This document shows, one piece after another, positions 38,634 to 46,488 of a stretch of 64,000 nucleotides of DNA (position 1 is the first letter of the stretch; the number at the start of each line of letters is the position of its first letter). The position numbers and the translations under genes were made by a program. Under the pieces are notes generated by a model, which made no database searches, was not told the origin of the DNA, and saw only the letters and a program-made list of their open reading frames with translations. The DNA comes from a virus. Lineage: Duplodnaviria; Caudoviricetes. The DNA lies in the IMG/VR virus record IMGVR_UViG_3300003375_000001, positions 160,001-224,000 of that record; one strand, given 5' to 3'.

Positions 38634-39395
38634 TCAAGACATGCGTGACTTGAGGAATGTTTTGATACGGTCGTGCTTAGTTGTCTGCACGTAGTAGTCG
38701 GCTTCCTCAGCACTAAGCTTGCCACGAACTTTCAGATCGTTAATGGCAGACGCTTCGGTGAGTTCGTTGTTCTTGGTAACCCAAGATTTGAAAGGTGGGG
38801 ATACTTTGGGGAACAGATCGAGGTTAGGCGCGTCGATATCGGTAACAGAAATAGCTCTACGGCTACGCCCGTTGACCTTATCAAGTAGAGCCTGATGCTC
38901 GTTGTCCTCGTCGTCGTCACCCGTAGAGATAGTGACGTTCTTACCGATTTGATTGGCCTGAGTAGCTGCGCGCACGGCTTCAGACTGGGCTTTCAAACGA
39001 TGCTTTTCTGTCTTTGCAGATTCTCGGCCCAGAAGCTCTTCCGCGTACTCGTTAGTGACAGGCATGATCGTGTCACTATTGATGGCGTCCAAGAAGTGAG
39101 ACGAATTAAGGATGGCCTTTTGTGGAGCCATCTTAGTGAGGTCGATTGGAAGCCACGAGTTAGGGATTTCGATAACGTCTGTCTTACCGTCAGCCTGACG
39201 GATAGAGATAAACACATCGCCCTTATGGCTAGAAACGTTGTCGCTGGTGTTGATAACCCAGATAGGGGAGGAAGGCTTCAGGGAACGAAGCTGAGAAATG
39301 GTCAAAGCGTTTGACGTGCTAGGCGCAGGAATATTGTCGTCTTCGCCTGCAAAGTCATCGGCGTCTTCAAAATCTTCATCAGGTGCGTGTTGCAT
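38634..39395 (-). CDS. hypothetical protein
   Basis: 253-aa ORF. Confidence 0.75.
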   Translation of the reverse strand: MQHAPDEDFEDADDFAGEDDNIPAPSTSNALTISQLRSLKPSSPIWVINTSDNVSSHKGDVFISIRQADGKTDVIEIPNSWLPIDLTKMAPQKAILNSSHFLDAINSDTIMPVTNEYAEELLGRESAKTEKHRLKAQSEAVRAATQANQIGKNVTISTGDDDEDNEHQALLDKVNGRSRRAISVTDIDAPNLDLFPKVSPPFKSWVTKNNELTEASAINDLKVRGKLSAEEADYYVQTTKHDRIKTFLKSRMS

Positions 39396-39441
39396 AGGGA
39401 GTCCAAACCAAAAAGTTAGGCTGTTGTTGTAACACAGCGAA

Positions 39442-39448
39442 TTAACAG
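39442..39448 (-). promoter_or_regulatory. ACTGTTAA upstream motif
   Basis: Intergenic, 47 nt upstream of ATG 39395. Confidence 0.55.
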
Positions 39449-39471
39449 TTTAGACTCCCGCAATTGGACTA

Positions 39472-40497
39472 TCAGAGTTGACGGCGCAAGGACTGTAAAA
39501 AGCGGTCAGCCGCGTCACTCGGGATACCCAAGAAAGACTCTACTTTGGACCTGTATCGAGTAAAGTCCATGCGTTCTAACGCGTCTGAGTTGCGAGACCC
39601 CAAAACACGGCTAAAGTCATCGTCCTGTTCGCCTATCAACAACTGAAGGTACCTTCTTTGCAAAGGCTTTAGGCCACCTCTCCGGGACATTAGCTGTTTG
39701 AGACTAGTTACCAGCTCAAAGTTCTTGTTAGTTCCAGATATCCCTACCGACAAGTAGGAATGGGTCGTGAACCCCTGGCCTTCAACGTGGGCAGGCATGT
39801 CCGCAATTACGTCAAAGGACGTCTTTAGCGAAGTAACGTTGCCCTGATCGTCGGTTGTTAGGGACTGCCTCTTAGCTGATGTGTGCTCATCTATCACGTT
39901 CATCGTACGATTACGGATAGCCACTTTAGCCGACTTCTTTAAGTGATCAAAGTTTTCCCAACAAGGAAAATCTTTCATTATCGCAAGAAGGCCCGCGTGG
40001 ATGAGGTCGCTGTAAAGGTTGTCTAAACACATACCGTAGTTAGTAAGAAACCTTAGCTTCTTAAACACTAGAGACCTAGCGTATTTAACTACGTCTGGTG
40101 CATTGATAGCCTCTGCAACCCATTGGTCATACTGGCTTAGCGTAAAGACTGTGCGTTTCAACCGTTTCAGTTCTTGAAGCTTCTTGCGCAGAGGCGGATG
40201 CATTATAGCCAAGGCTAGTGCATTCTGGTCTTTGCGCGTCAGGCTATGACCAGTGAGAGTCACGTCATTGAACTTGGCGTGCACCCAAGCTTTACCATCA
40301 CGAAGCAGCCTGCCGTTTTTCTGTACCTCTATACGAAAGTAGTGAACGTCAAAGTCTATGCCAGCAGCCGCAAGGTTAGCTGAAAGTTCTTGGTGTATCT
40401 GACCTTTGAACAGAAACAGTAGGACATTCCCGTATAGACATATCTTCTTTTCGTTAGTCAGGCCTACAGCCGACTCAATTACATAGGACATACCCAT
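39472..40497 (-). CDS. second putative sigma-factor-like protein
   Basis: DNLYSDLIHAGLLAIMKDFP...KSAKVAIRNRTMNVIDEH resembles sigma region 2; helical C-terminus. Confidence 0.5.
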   Translation of the reverse strand: MGMSYVIESAVGLTNEKKICLYGNVLLFLFKGQIHQELSANLAAAGIDFDVHYFRIEVQKNGRLLRDGKAWVHAKFNDVTLTGHSLTRKDQNALALAIMHPPLRKKLQELKRLKRTVFTLSQYDQWVAEAINAPDVVKYARSLVFKKLRFLTNYGMCLDNLYSDLIHAGLLAIMKDFPCWENFDHLKKSAKVAIRNRTMNVIDEHTSAKRQSLTTDDQGNVTSLKTSFDVIADMPAHVEGQGFTTHSYLSVGISGTNKNFELVTSLKQLMSRRGGLKPLQRRYLQLLIGEQDDDFSRVLGSRNSDALERMDFTRYRSKVESFLGIPSDAADRFLQSLRRQL

Positions 40498-40512
40498 GAT
40501 AGAGCCTCACAA

Positions 40513-41226
40513 TCAACGATGTTGAGTTATGGAGAACAAAGGATCTGTCTTGCTTCGTTTGGCAGCCTTGTTTGCTCTGGCTTCTAAAACACTGGGGTCT
40601 GTATCGAAGGTTGGAGGTTCGTAATCAATCTTGGCCATAGCCTTAGCCTGCTTCGCGTTGTCTCCGCGAATCTTACCTTCTGCTATAAGCTTAGCCTTCT
40701 TCTTGTCGAACTCTTCCCTAGAGGTAATCAGAGAAGACTTAGGAAGCAAAGCTACCAAAGAACTGTTGTTGCACTTGAGGTAGTCCCGGCCTATCAACAT
40801 GATAGATTTCTCTGGGCCTGTGGCCATGACAAACGCAGAGAAGTAGTTTTCCAAAGAGTCGTTCCCCGTGCAAAAGTATACCTTTTGCATGAAGTGAAGA
40901 CCTACCTTCTCCAAAGAGGCCGCACACTTCAACAGGCCCATAAACACTCTACTCTGCTGAGGCGAGAATACAGATACCAGAGAAGCCATTTGACCTACTA
41001 CCGTTGGCCCTAGAGAACGGAAGGCCGTAACGTTTGGAGTGTAGCAACTAGGTGCACTAGCCCCTGGCCTTACGCCTTGTGTATGACAAAGAGCCCCAAT
41101 GGAAGGGTGTGAAGTTCCTTTGTAGTGAAAGCAGTCCCCACAACGTAGGTTAACGTTGTCTTTGGTCAGCTTAGCCGAGTCGCTTGTGTCCGGTTTCAGT
41201 TTAACTATTTGTCTCGGGGCGGGCAT
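40513..41226 (-). CDS. hypothetical protein with N-terminal Cys motifs
   Basis: CGDCFH...C...C; 237 aa. Confidence 0.7.
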   Translation of the reverse strand: MPAPRQIVKLKPDTSDSAKLTKDNVNLRCGDCFHYKGTSHPSIGALCHTQGVRPGASAPSCYTPNVTAFRSLGPTVVGQMASLVSVFSPQQSRVFMGLLKCAASLEKVGLHFMQKVYFCTGNDSLENYFSAFVMATGPEKSIMLIGRDYLKCNNSSLVALLPKSSLITSREEFDKKKAKLIAEGKIRGDNAKQAKAMAKIDYEPPTFDTDPSVLEARANKAAKRSKTDPLFSITQHR

Positions 41227-41244
41227 ACTTAGCTCCTAGTTATG

Positions 41245-41769
41245 TCATGTAGGGAAGTGTTTCGAGTACTCCTGATCTATTAAGGCAGATATGTATTCGC
41301 CCGTCGTCAGATCAGTAAACGACTTAAGTGCTTCTAATTTTCGTCTTTGTTTTCCTGTTAGTTCAAGGTGTACAGGGGCCTTCTTATTCGGATCGTCTTT
41401 AGTGGCGAGCCAAGCAGTGTATACCACGCGTGACAAGTATAGCAGACGTTCGTACTCTTGTCTACCTATGCGGTTCAGAGAAGAGACTACTCCAGGTGTT
41501 ATTGCAAAAGGTGAGCCTTGAGCTATCATGCCTTCTGCAATTTTGTGCAAAAGCGTGTGATGTCCTGTGCAGAGACTTACGGTTGGCCCTTTGGCACCGC
41601 CGTAAGCTTGAGGAACAGGGTGGTGTTCCTCTCGTATGATACCGGGGTCATCACCACCCGAGTCTATGAATAACTTACGGCATACCCAGCAACAAGGCAA
41701 TACCAGTGTCTGGCGTATTGGTGCTTCTGGTATGCCAGTAGTAAAGTCATGAGTTAGGGTACGCGCCAT
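41245..41769 (-). CDS. HNH domain fused to a C-terminal RHH-like segment
   Basis: CWVC, EEHHPVPQAYGG, LCTGHH.LLH; C-terminal VHLELT...KLEAL......GEYISALI. Confidence 0.7.
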   Translation of the reverse strand: MARTLTHDFTTGIPEAPIRQTLVLPCCWVCRKLFIDSGGDDPGIIREEHHPVPQAYGGAKGPTVSLCTGHHTLLHKIAEGMIAQGSPFAITPGVVSSLNRIGRQEYERLLYLSRVVYTAWLATKDDPNKKAPVHLELTGKQRRKLEALKSFTDLTTGEYISALIDQEYSKHFPT

Positions 41770-42256
41770 AACTATTTTTGTGATCTGGCTGATCGCATGT
41801 TAGCACACTGGTATTAAACATAGAACACACAGGGTCATCCAGCGTTACTGACCGTAGTGTTGCGCGCAAAGGCTTCAAGTCCATGTTGAGTGTATTGACA
41901 AGGCTCAGACAAAAATTCTTTGCTGAAGCACCTCTCAGGGGATCGTTGACCCATTTGAAGTAAGGCTTCATGTTAGGCAAGGGGCCTACAAGAAACTCTG
42001 CAAGGTCTGTTCTATGCGTCACGAGGTCTAGAAAGATATCCAGTTCCGACTGTTTCAAGCGCGGGTTGAACAGGAGCTTGGCGCTGTTAAACTGGAGGTC
42101 GATTGTAGAGGTAGCCTCGTGGTCTATGTCTTCCATAATAGGAGCAGACACAAATATTGTGGGGTTGCGCTCAAGCTCTATAGGAGCGCCTCCCGATATC
42201 GTGTGCAAGTAACCGAGAGACTTAGGGTCAAATTCTGCGATTAGAACTCTCATCAT
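41747..42256 (-). CDS. hypothetical protein
   Basis: Start moved to ATG 42256 (ATGA overlap with the upstream stop). Confidence 0.65.
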   Translation of the reverse strand: MMRVLIAEFDPKSLGYLHTISGGAPIELERNPTIFVSAPIMEDIDHEATSTIDLQFNSAKLLFNPRLKQSELDIFLDLVTHRTDLAEFLVGPLPNMKPYFKWVNDPLRGASAKNFCLSLVNTLNMDLKPLRATLRSVTLDDPVCSMFNTSVLTCDQPDHKNSYGAYPNS

Positions 42257-43128
42257 GCGTCTCCAAAAGCGAATGACCATCGCGTCAGTGCGAAAGCTCC
42301 GCCTGAACACTTACGAAGGATAGCCAGCTCGCCAGGCGTTATTAGCCAGTAGCACCGAGCGCCTCGCCACGCCGATGTCACTTCTATAACCTCGTAACGC
42401 GGAAACTTAGACAATGCCGATTCTACAATCTCGGCATAAAGGCCTTCAGCCTCGTCCCTATGACGAGAGGTCCATTCAGAAGGCTTCAACTCAGGGTTCT
42501 TCATCAAGGAGTGAATGTAGTCCCGAGGAATTACAAGCACCTTCTCTTTTGTAAGAACAGTGTAGCCGCCTAGCGAAGTACTAGGTACCCCATGCTTTGC
42601 CAGCATGTTGTAGCTGATGGCATTTATAACGTCGATAGGCTGAGCAGGGCCGCCCGTACGCTTGACTTGTGTCCATTTACCCTGCTTAAGCTGAGGAATG
42701 ATAGGCGCTGATCCTAGCCAAATTTTGTTGTGTTCGATAGCTGTCAGCACTTCGGAGCGGACGAGGCCATAAGAACCCATTTGCCTAGGGATATCTGCGG
42801 CAGCATCTGCTTTTGTAGTTGAGTCCAATGAACTGCTTATGTAGTCAGCCACGCGAGCCTTGAAAGACAAAACCACGGGGTTCAGCACTGCGGCTGCACC
42901 AGCTTTGGACAGCATGCCACTACTAAGTTCGTCACGTACGGACGAAAAGGTGTTCATCAGTTTTAGAATGTCTGGGCGCAAAGCCGAATGCTTCTTGCCG
43001 ATGTCGTTGAGAACAGAGTGAACGCTTTTGTGGAGAGACCCATTATCGGGGTCTATAAGAGAAGCCTTGACGCGAGCCGATACCTGACTGGCGTGCCCCT
43101 CAAGGGTTAGTGAATCGGTGTAGTCCAT
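42253..43128 (-). CDS. hypothetical protein
   Basis: 291-aa ORF. Confidence 0.7.
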   Translation of the reverse strand: MDYTDSLTLEGHASQVSARVKASLIDPDNGSLHKSVHSVLNDIGKKHSALRPDILKLMNTFSSVRDELSSGMLSKAGAAAVLNPVVLSFKARVADYISSSLDSTTKADAAADIPRQMGSYGLVRSEVLTAIEHNKIWLGSAPIIPQLKQGKWTQVKRTGGPAQPIDVINAISYNMLAKHGVPSTSLGGYTVLTKEKVLVIPRDYIHSLMKNPELKPSEWTSRHRDEAEGLYAEIVESALSKFPRYEVIEVTSAWRGARCYWLITPGELAILRKCSGGAFALTRWSFAFGDA

Positions 43129-43227
43129 TTGGAATTAACCTCTCAAAGACTGTATAGAAAAGGTTTGTAGCAGTAGAAGCCACTAAGTAGAGAAGGCAGA
43201 CCTGGTCATTCGAGAGAATCCAGAAAC

Positions 43228-43275
43228 GCAAAAGAGCCTGGTCCCACGATCTGTTAGGGAGTCAGGCTCTTTTGC
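43228..43275 (-). terminator. putative terminator after the H1-like gene
   Basis: 13-bp inverted repeat GCAAAAGAGCCTG / CAGGCTCTTTTGC. Confidence 0.65.
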
Positions 43276-43297
43276 TGGATGTCAGATTCGGTAGATA

Positions 43298-43591
43298 TCA
43301 GATATCGCCGAAGTCGTCGTCTTTCACCTTGATGGACTTCTTGACAGGCTTGCCACCTTTGACGACCTTAGCAGCCTTCTTTGCGGGAGCCTTCTTAGCC
43401 GGTGCACCCTTAGCAGCCTTCTTAGCTGGTGCAGTCTTGACGACCTTAGCAGCCTTCTTTGCGGGAGCCTTCTTAGCCGGTGCACCAGAAGCTTCAGCTT
43501 CTTGCGCGGCTTGAAGGGCTTCCAGTGTCGTGTTCAAGGCGGCGGTTTGCTTCTGGGCCTTGTTAGCCAGTGCAATTGTTCGTTTGCTCAT
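43298..43591 (-). CDS. histone H1-like Lys/Ala/Pro-rich DNA-binding protein
   Basis: Start ATG 43591 (SD AAGGA); duplicated APAKKAPAKKAAKVVK units (direct repeat, 78-nt period). Confidence 0.75.
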   Translation of the reverse strand: MSKRTIALANKAQKQTAALNTTLEALQAAQEAEASGAPAKKAPAKKAAKVVKTAPAKKAAKGAPAKKAPAKKAAKVVKGGKPVKKSIKVKDDDFGDI

Positions 43592-43620
43592 GATGTTTCC
43601 TTTTCCGTGTAGGGAAGTAT

Positions 43621-43690
43621 GCGAGGGTCTCTGTTTGAAAATCCTCAAATTCAGCTAGCGAGACCCTCACGAGAAACGCTGATTTTGAGG
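43621..43690 (-). promoter_or_regulatory. 5' leader with two interleaved helices (H-type pseudoknot or switch)
   Basis: A (43678-90) pairs A' (43643-55) at 12 of 13 positions; B (43660-70) pairs B' (43621-31) at 11 of 11 with one GU; order A-B-A'-B'. Confidence 0.55.
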
Positions 43691-43708
43691 CTCATTTACT
43701 CACAATTC

Positions 43709-43737
43709 ATTATAACACAATTTTGCGCTTGTGTCAA
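43709..43737 (-). promoter_or_regulatory. perfect sigma70 promoter TTGACA-N17-TATAAT
   Basis: -35 at 43737-43732 and -10 at 43714-43709, upstream of the H1-like gene. Confidence 0.88.
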
Positions 43738-43774
43738 ATGATGTAGTGAATCAAATTGTGGTTGTCGTTAAAAG

Positions 43775-43781
43775 TTAACAG
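43775..43781 (-). promoter_or_regulatory. ACTGTTAA upstream motif
   Basis: Just after the gyrA stop, upstream of the sigma70 promoter. Confidence 0.45.
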
Positions 43782-43787
43782 TTCCTA

Positions 43788-45326
43788 TCAGTCCAGCCAC
43801 CATTGAGTTTGAGACTTTGTTGGACGATTGTTTTGTTGATTGAACTTCGTCAGACAGAATTCAAAGTAGGCTTTTACCGACTGGGCTGGCTTCTTTCGCT
43901 TGGCAATAAGAGCTTTGAGCTTGGCTTTAGTTTCGGCTAACTTGGTTTTCAAGTTGTCCTGATCAAGCTTAGCCAATTGCCTTACCTTCAGTTCCAGAAT
44001 TTGATTAGCCTGTTCAACCGTTATCTTCAAACCTTTGGCAATCAGCTCTGCGGTGTTTGGCTTACGCAAGGCATTCATGATAGTGTCCAAATGATCACAC
44101 GCATGAATGAGAAGTTCCATATAGGCAATGTGCTTTTCTACTTCACCTATTTGGTAGTCAAGCGAATCGGCTTCAAGTTTTACTCGAAACTTGAGCCAGG
44201 TCATGGCAAGCTCAGGAACAGACAGAGCCTTGAAAGTTGTGTCCGCTTCGTTGCGACCATTGCGCACTCGAAGTTTTCTATCCGACACATAGACGTTGTA
44301 GCTGACCTTACTTCGCGTGAGAGCCTTGACCTTTTCGGCTACCGCGTTAAAGTCATTCATATTCACTGTCTTGCGAACTTGAATAACGTAGCTAAGGCCC
44401 TTACCTGAAGACACACCTTGCACCATGCTCTTCCACCATCTGGACTCTTCCAGTTGTCGCTTGGTAGGAGCTTTCTTTGACTCGGGGAGCTTTCCTTGCA
44501 CCTTTGCTATCACAGAGCCTATGTTTACTTCAGGGGCAAACTTGTTCCACGAGATAGTCTTTTTGCTGGTGTCTATGTCTAGCGGAGACTCAAACTCGAT
44601 GGTCGCATTAGGCGTGTTCATCAAGTTTAGGATGGACTCTCGATTCGATTTTGACTTTACTACCTGAGCACCCCAGGAAGTATTGAAACGTAGGCCCTTA
44701 GCAAAGTCTACAGGCGTAACCTCCTCTCTGTCTAGCATCCTACACATCAACGGCAGAAGAGACTCAGGAGTAAAGCCAGGTAAACTTGATTTGGTACCGT
44801 AACCGATACCCGTTTGAGAGTTGAATAGAATGTTTGGCAGCAGGCAGGGCAGATATACAGGCTCTTCATCCTTGTCATCATAGTTTGGCATTATTGGCGA
44901 CACCGCCAAATAGTTTGGCTGCACAAACTGCCGACCGTATATAGACAAGCGAGCAGCAGGATACCTCATGGCCGCTGCGGGGTCTACTAGGTTACCCCAG
45001 TTCCCTTGCCCTTCAAGAATAGGTACGTCGCACGTAGCGGCGACAACCATAGCTCCATATATGGAAGAATCCCCGTGGGGGTGGTACTTACCAATCACGT
45101 CACCAACGATACGGGCTGCTTTGGTATACTCTCTAGCTATCTTTGAAGAGGCCCACGTTATGCGTCTGGTGACAGGCTTTAAGCCGTCCTGCAATGCTGG
45201 GGTGGCACGTTCCTCGTTTACTTCTGTGCCATAAGCTTTCAACGATACTTTCGCGTAGTCTCCAAGTTCTACGCGGCCTACTTCAGCCCGCTTCGTTGAT
45301 TTAGCGGCTGGTGGTTTCTTTGTCAT
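43788..45326 (-). CDS. gyrA: type IIA topoisomerase subunit A (GyrA/ParC-like) lacking the C-terminal pinwheel
   Basis: QDGLKPVTRRI; ARIVGDVIGKYHPHGDSSIYGAMV; catalytic AAAMRY; only 512 aa. Confidence 0.92.
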   Translation of the reverse strand: MTKKPPAAKSTKRAEVGRVELGDYAKVSLKAYGTEVNEERATPALQDGLKPVTRRITWASSKIAREYTKAARIVGDVIGKYHPHGDSSIYGAMVVAATCDVPILEGQGNWGNLVDPAAAMRYPAARLSIYGRQFVQPNYLAVSPIMPNYDDKDEEPVYLPCLLPNILFNSQTGIGYGTKSSLPGFTPESLLPLMCRMLDREEVTPVDFAKGLRFNTSWGAQVVKSKSNRESILNLMNTPNATIEFESPLDIDTSKKTISWNKFAPEVNIGSVIAKVQGKLPESKKAPTKRQLEESRWWKSMVQGVSSGKGLSYVIQVRKTVNMNDFNAVAEKVKALTRSKVSYNVYVSDRKLRVRNGRNEADTTFKALSVPELAMTWLKFRVKLEADSLDYQIGEVEKHIAYMELLIHACDHLDTIMNALRKPNTAELIAKGLKITVEQANQILELKVRQLAKLDQDNLKTKLAETKAKLKALIAKRKKPAQSVKAYFEFCLTKFNQQNNRPTKSQTQWWLD

Positions 45327-45377
45327 CTGTTGACTTTCTGTATTTAAGGGTGGAGGTTGTGTGCTTGGAATAGCAGC

Positions 45378-45560
45378 CTAGGAGTACAGCAGCCCGATCG
45401 ACTTGAACTCGGTTGTAAACTCTTTATCTAGGGTTTGGACAAGCTTTGATTTTTGAACGTGTACGAGTTTGAACGTTGCAGACTTAAGGTTTGAACGTTT
45501 ACCTTTGAGCGTTAAACTTTCAACTTTTACGCTAAATAGTTTAGCATGCACCTGACGCAT
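45378..45560 (-). CDS. small hypothetical protein
   Basis: 60-aa Lys-rich ORF between tRNA-Phe and gyrA; no clear SD. Confidence 0.35.
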   Translation of the reverse strand: MRQVHAKLFSVKVESLTLKGKRSNLKSATFKLVHVQKSKLVQTLDKEFTTEFKSIGLLYS

Positions 45561-45573
45561 GTGCCTACAAGGC

Positions 45574-45647
45574 TAACTGTGACAGGAATCGAACCTGCGA
45601 CTACCGACCTTTCACGTCGATGCTCTAACCGACTGAGCTACACTGTT
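45574..45647 (-). tRNA. tRNA-Phe(GAA), atypical
   Basis: D arm TAGCTCAGTCGGTTAGAGC; anticodon arm TCGAC-GTGAAAG-GTCGG; T arm GCAGG-TTCGATT-CCTGT; A.A mismatch in the acceptor stem; no encoded CCA. Confidence 0.75.
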
Positions 45648-45741
45648 ATATACACCGATATTTAAACCCTCGGTATAACGGGCCCTCGTGTTTCTACTGT
45701 TCGCTAACCAAACACACAACATCGAAACTAACTACATCAGG

Positions 45742-45748
45742 TTAACAG
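45742..45748 (-). promoter_or_regulatory. ACTGTTAA upstream motif
   Basis: Just after a stop codon, 95 nt upstream of tRNA-Phe. Confidence 0.45.
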
Positions 45749-45751
45749 TAT

Positions 45752-46429
45752 TTAATCTGGGATGTGAACCGTTGTCTTCACGTTTATCTCGGACAAAGCA
45801 AAGTCCACGTTAGTCGTGAAGGCTGCAAGGGCTTCTTCCCGCTTCTTGACCTCTTCCACGATGTTAAGAGGGTCGATCAACACAGGCATGCATCGTGTCT
45901 CAATGGACTTGCGAGTGCTTTCCAGCAGTTCCGCAGAGACCTCTTTATCACCAGCCTTGATCTGAGATTGTTGAGTCTCGATCTTGCTATTAACATCCCT
46001 CATCTCCTTTTCGATGAAGCCGGAGATACCATTGAACTGCCGCTTCATCATGTCAATGACGGTCTGTTGAACTGGCACTGACGCCTTGCGCTCAATGGCG
46101 TCTGCGATTGTCATTTCTTCAGTGCCAATGGTCACAAACGTCGTAGCATTAGCCTTCACTAAAGCAGCCTTAAGCTTCTGCTTGCGTTTGATCAGGTCGT
46201 TCAAGGACTGATATTCTGTCACCATCGCAGCAGCCACCTCGCTGGGCTTTGGAGAAGCCACTGCGCTGATTGTGTTACCTGTTTGCGTGAGGAGCATAGC
46301 GTTTGCGTCAGTACCCCGCTGCACGGCAACATAGGATGTTGTCTGAGCCAGGCTAACGATACGGGCTGTGAGGGTCTTCAACTCGGATAGAACGCGAGTG
46401 AGGGACATTTCTGTGGTCTTTGTAGTCAT
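45752..46429 (-). CDS. coiled-coil protein, DIP1984/DUF6847-like
   Basis: L...L.ELK.L..RI ... LK.AL..AN..T.V.I....MTIADAI ... VDFALSEIN..T pattern. Confidence 0.55.
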   Translation of the reverse strand: MTTKTTEMSLTRVLSELKTLTARIVSLAQTTSYVAVQRGTDANAMLLTQTGNTISAVASPKPSEVAAAMVTEYQSLNDLIKRKQKLKAALVKANATTFVTIGTEEMTIADAIERKASVPVQQTVIDMMKRQFNGISGFIEKEMRDVNSKIETQQSQIKAGDKEVSAELLESTRKSIETRCMPVLIDPLNIVEEVKKREEALAAFTTNVDFALSEINVKTTVHIPD

Positions 46430-46480
46430 GGTTAACTTTGAGAGTTGAGTAGGGAGGACTGTCTTTTCAGACTTAAGTAT

Positions 46481-46487
46481 TTAACAG
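46481..46487 (-). promoter_or_regulatory. ACTGTTAA upstream motif
   Basis: Directly after the AAA ATPase stop; 52 nt upstream of ATG 46429. Confidence 0.5.
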
Positions 46488-46488
46488 T

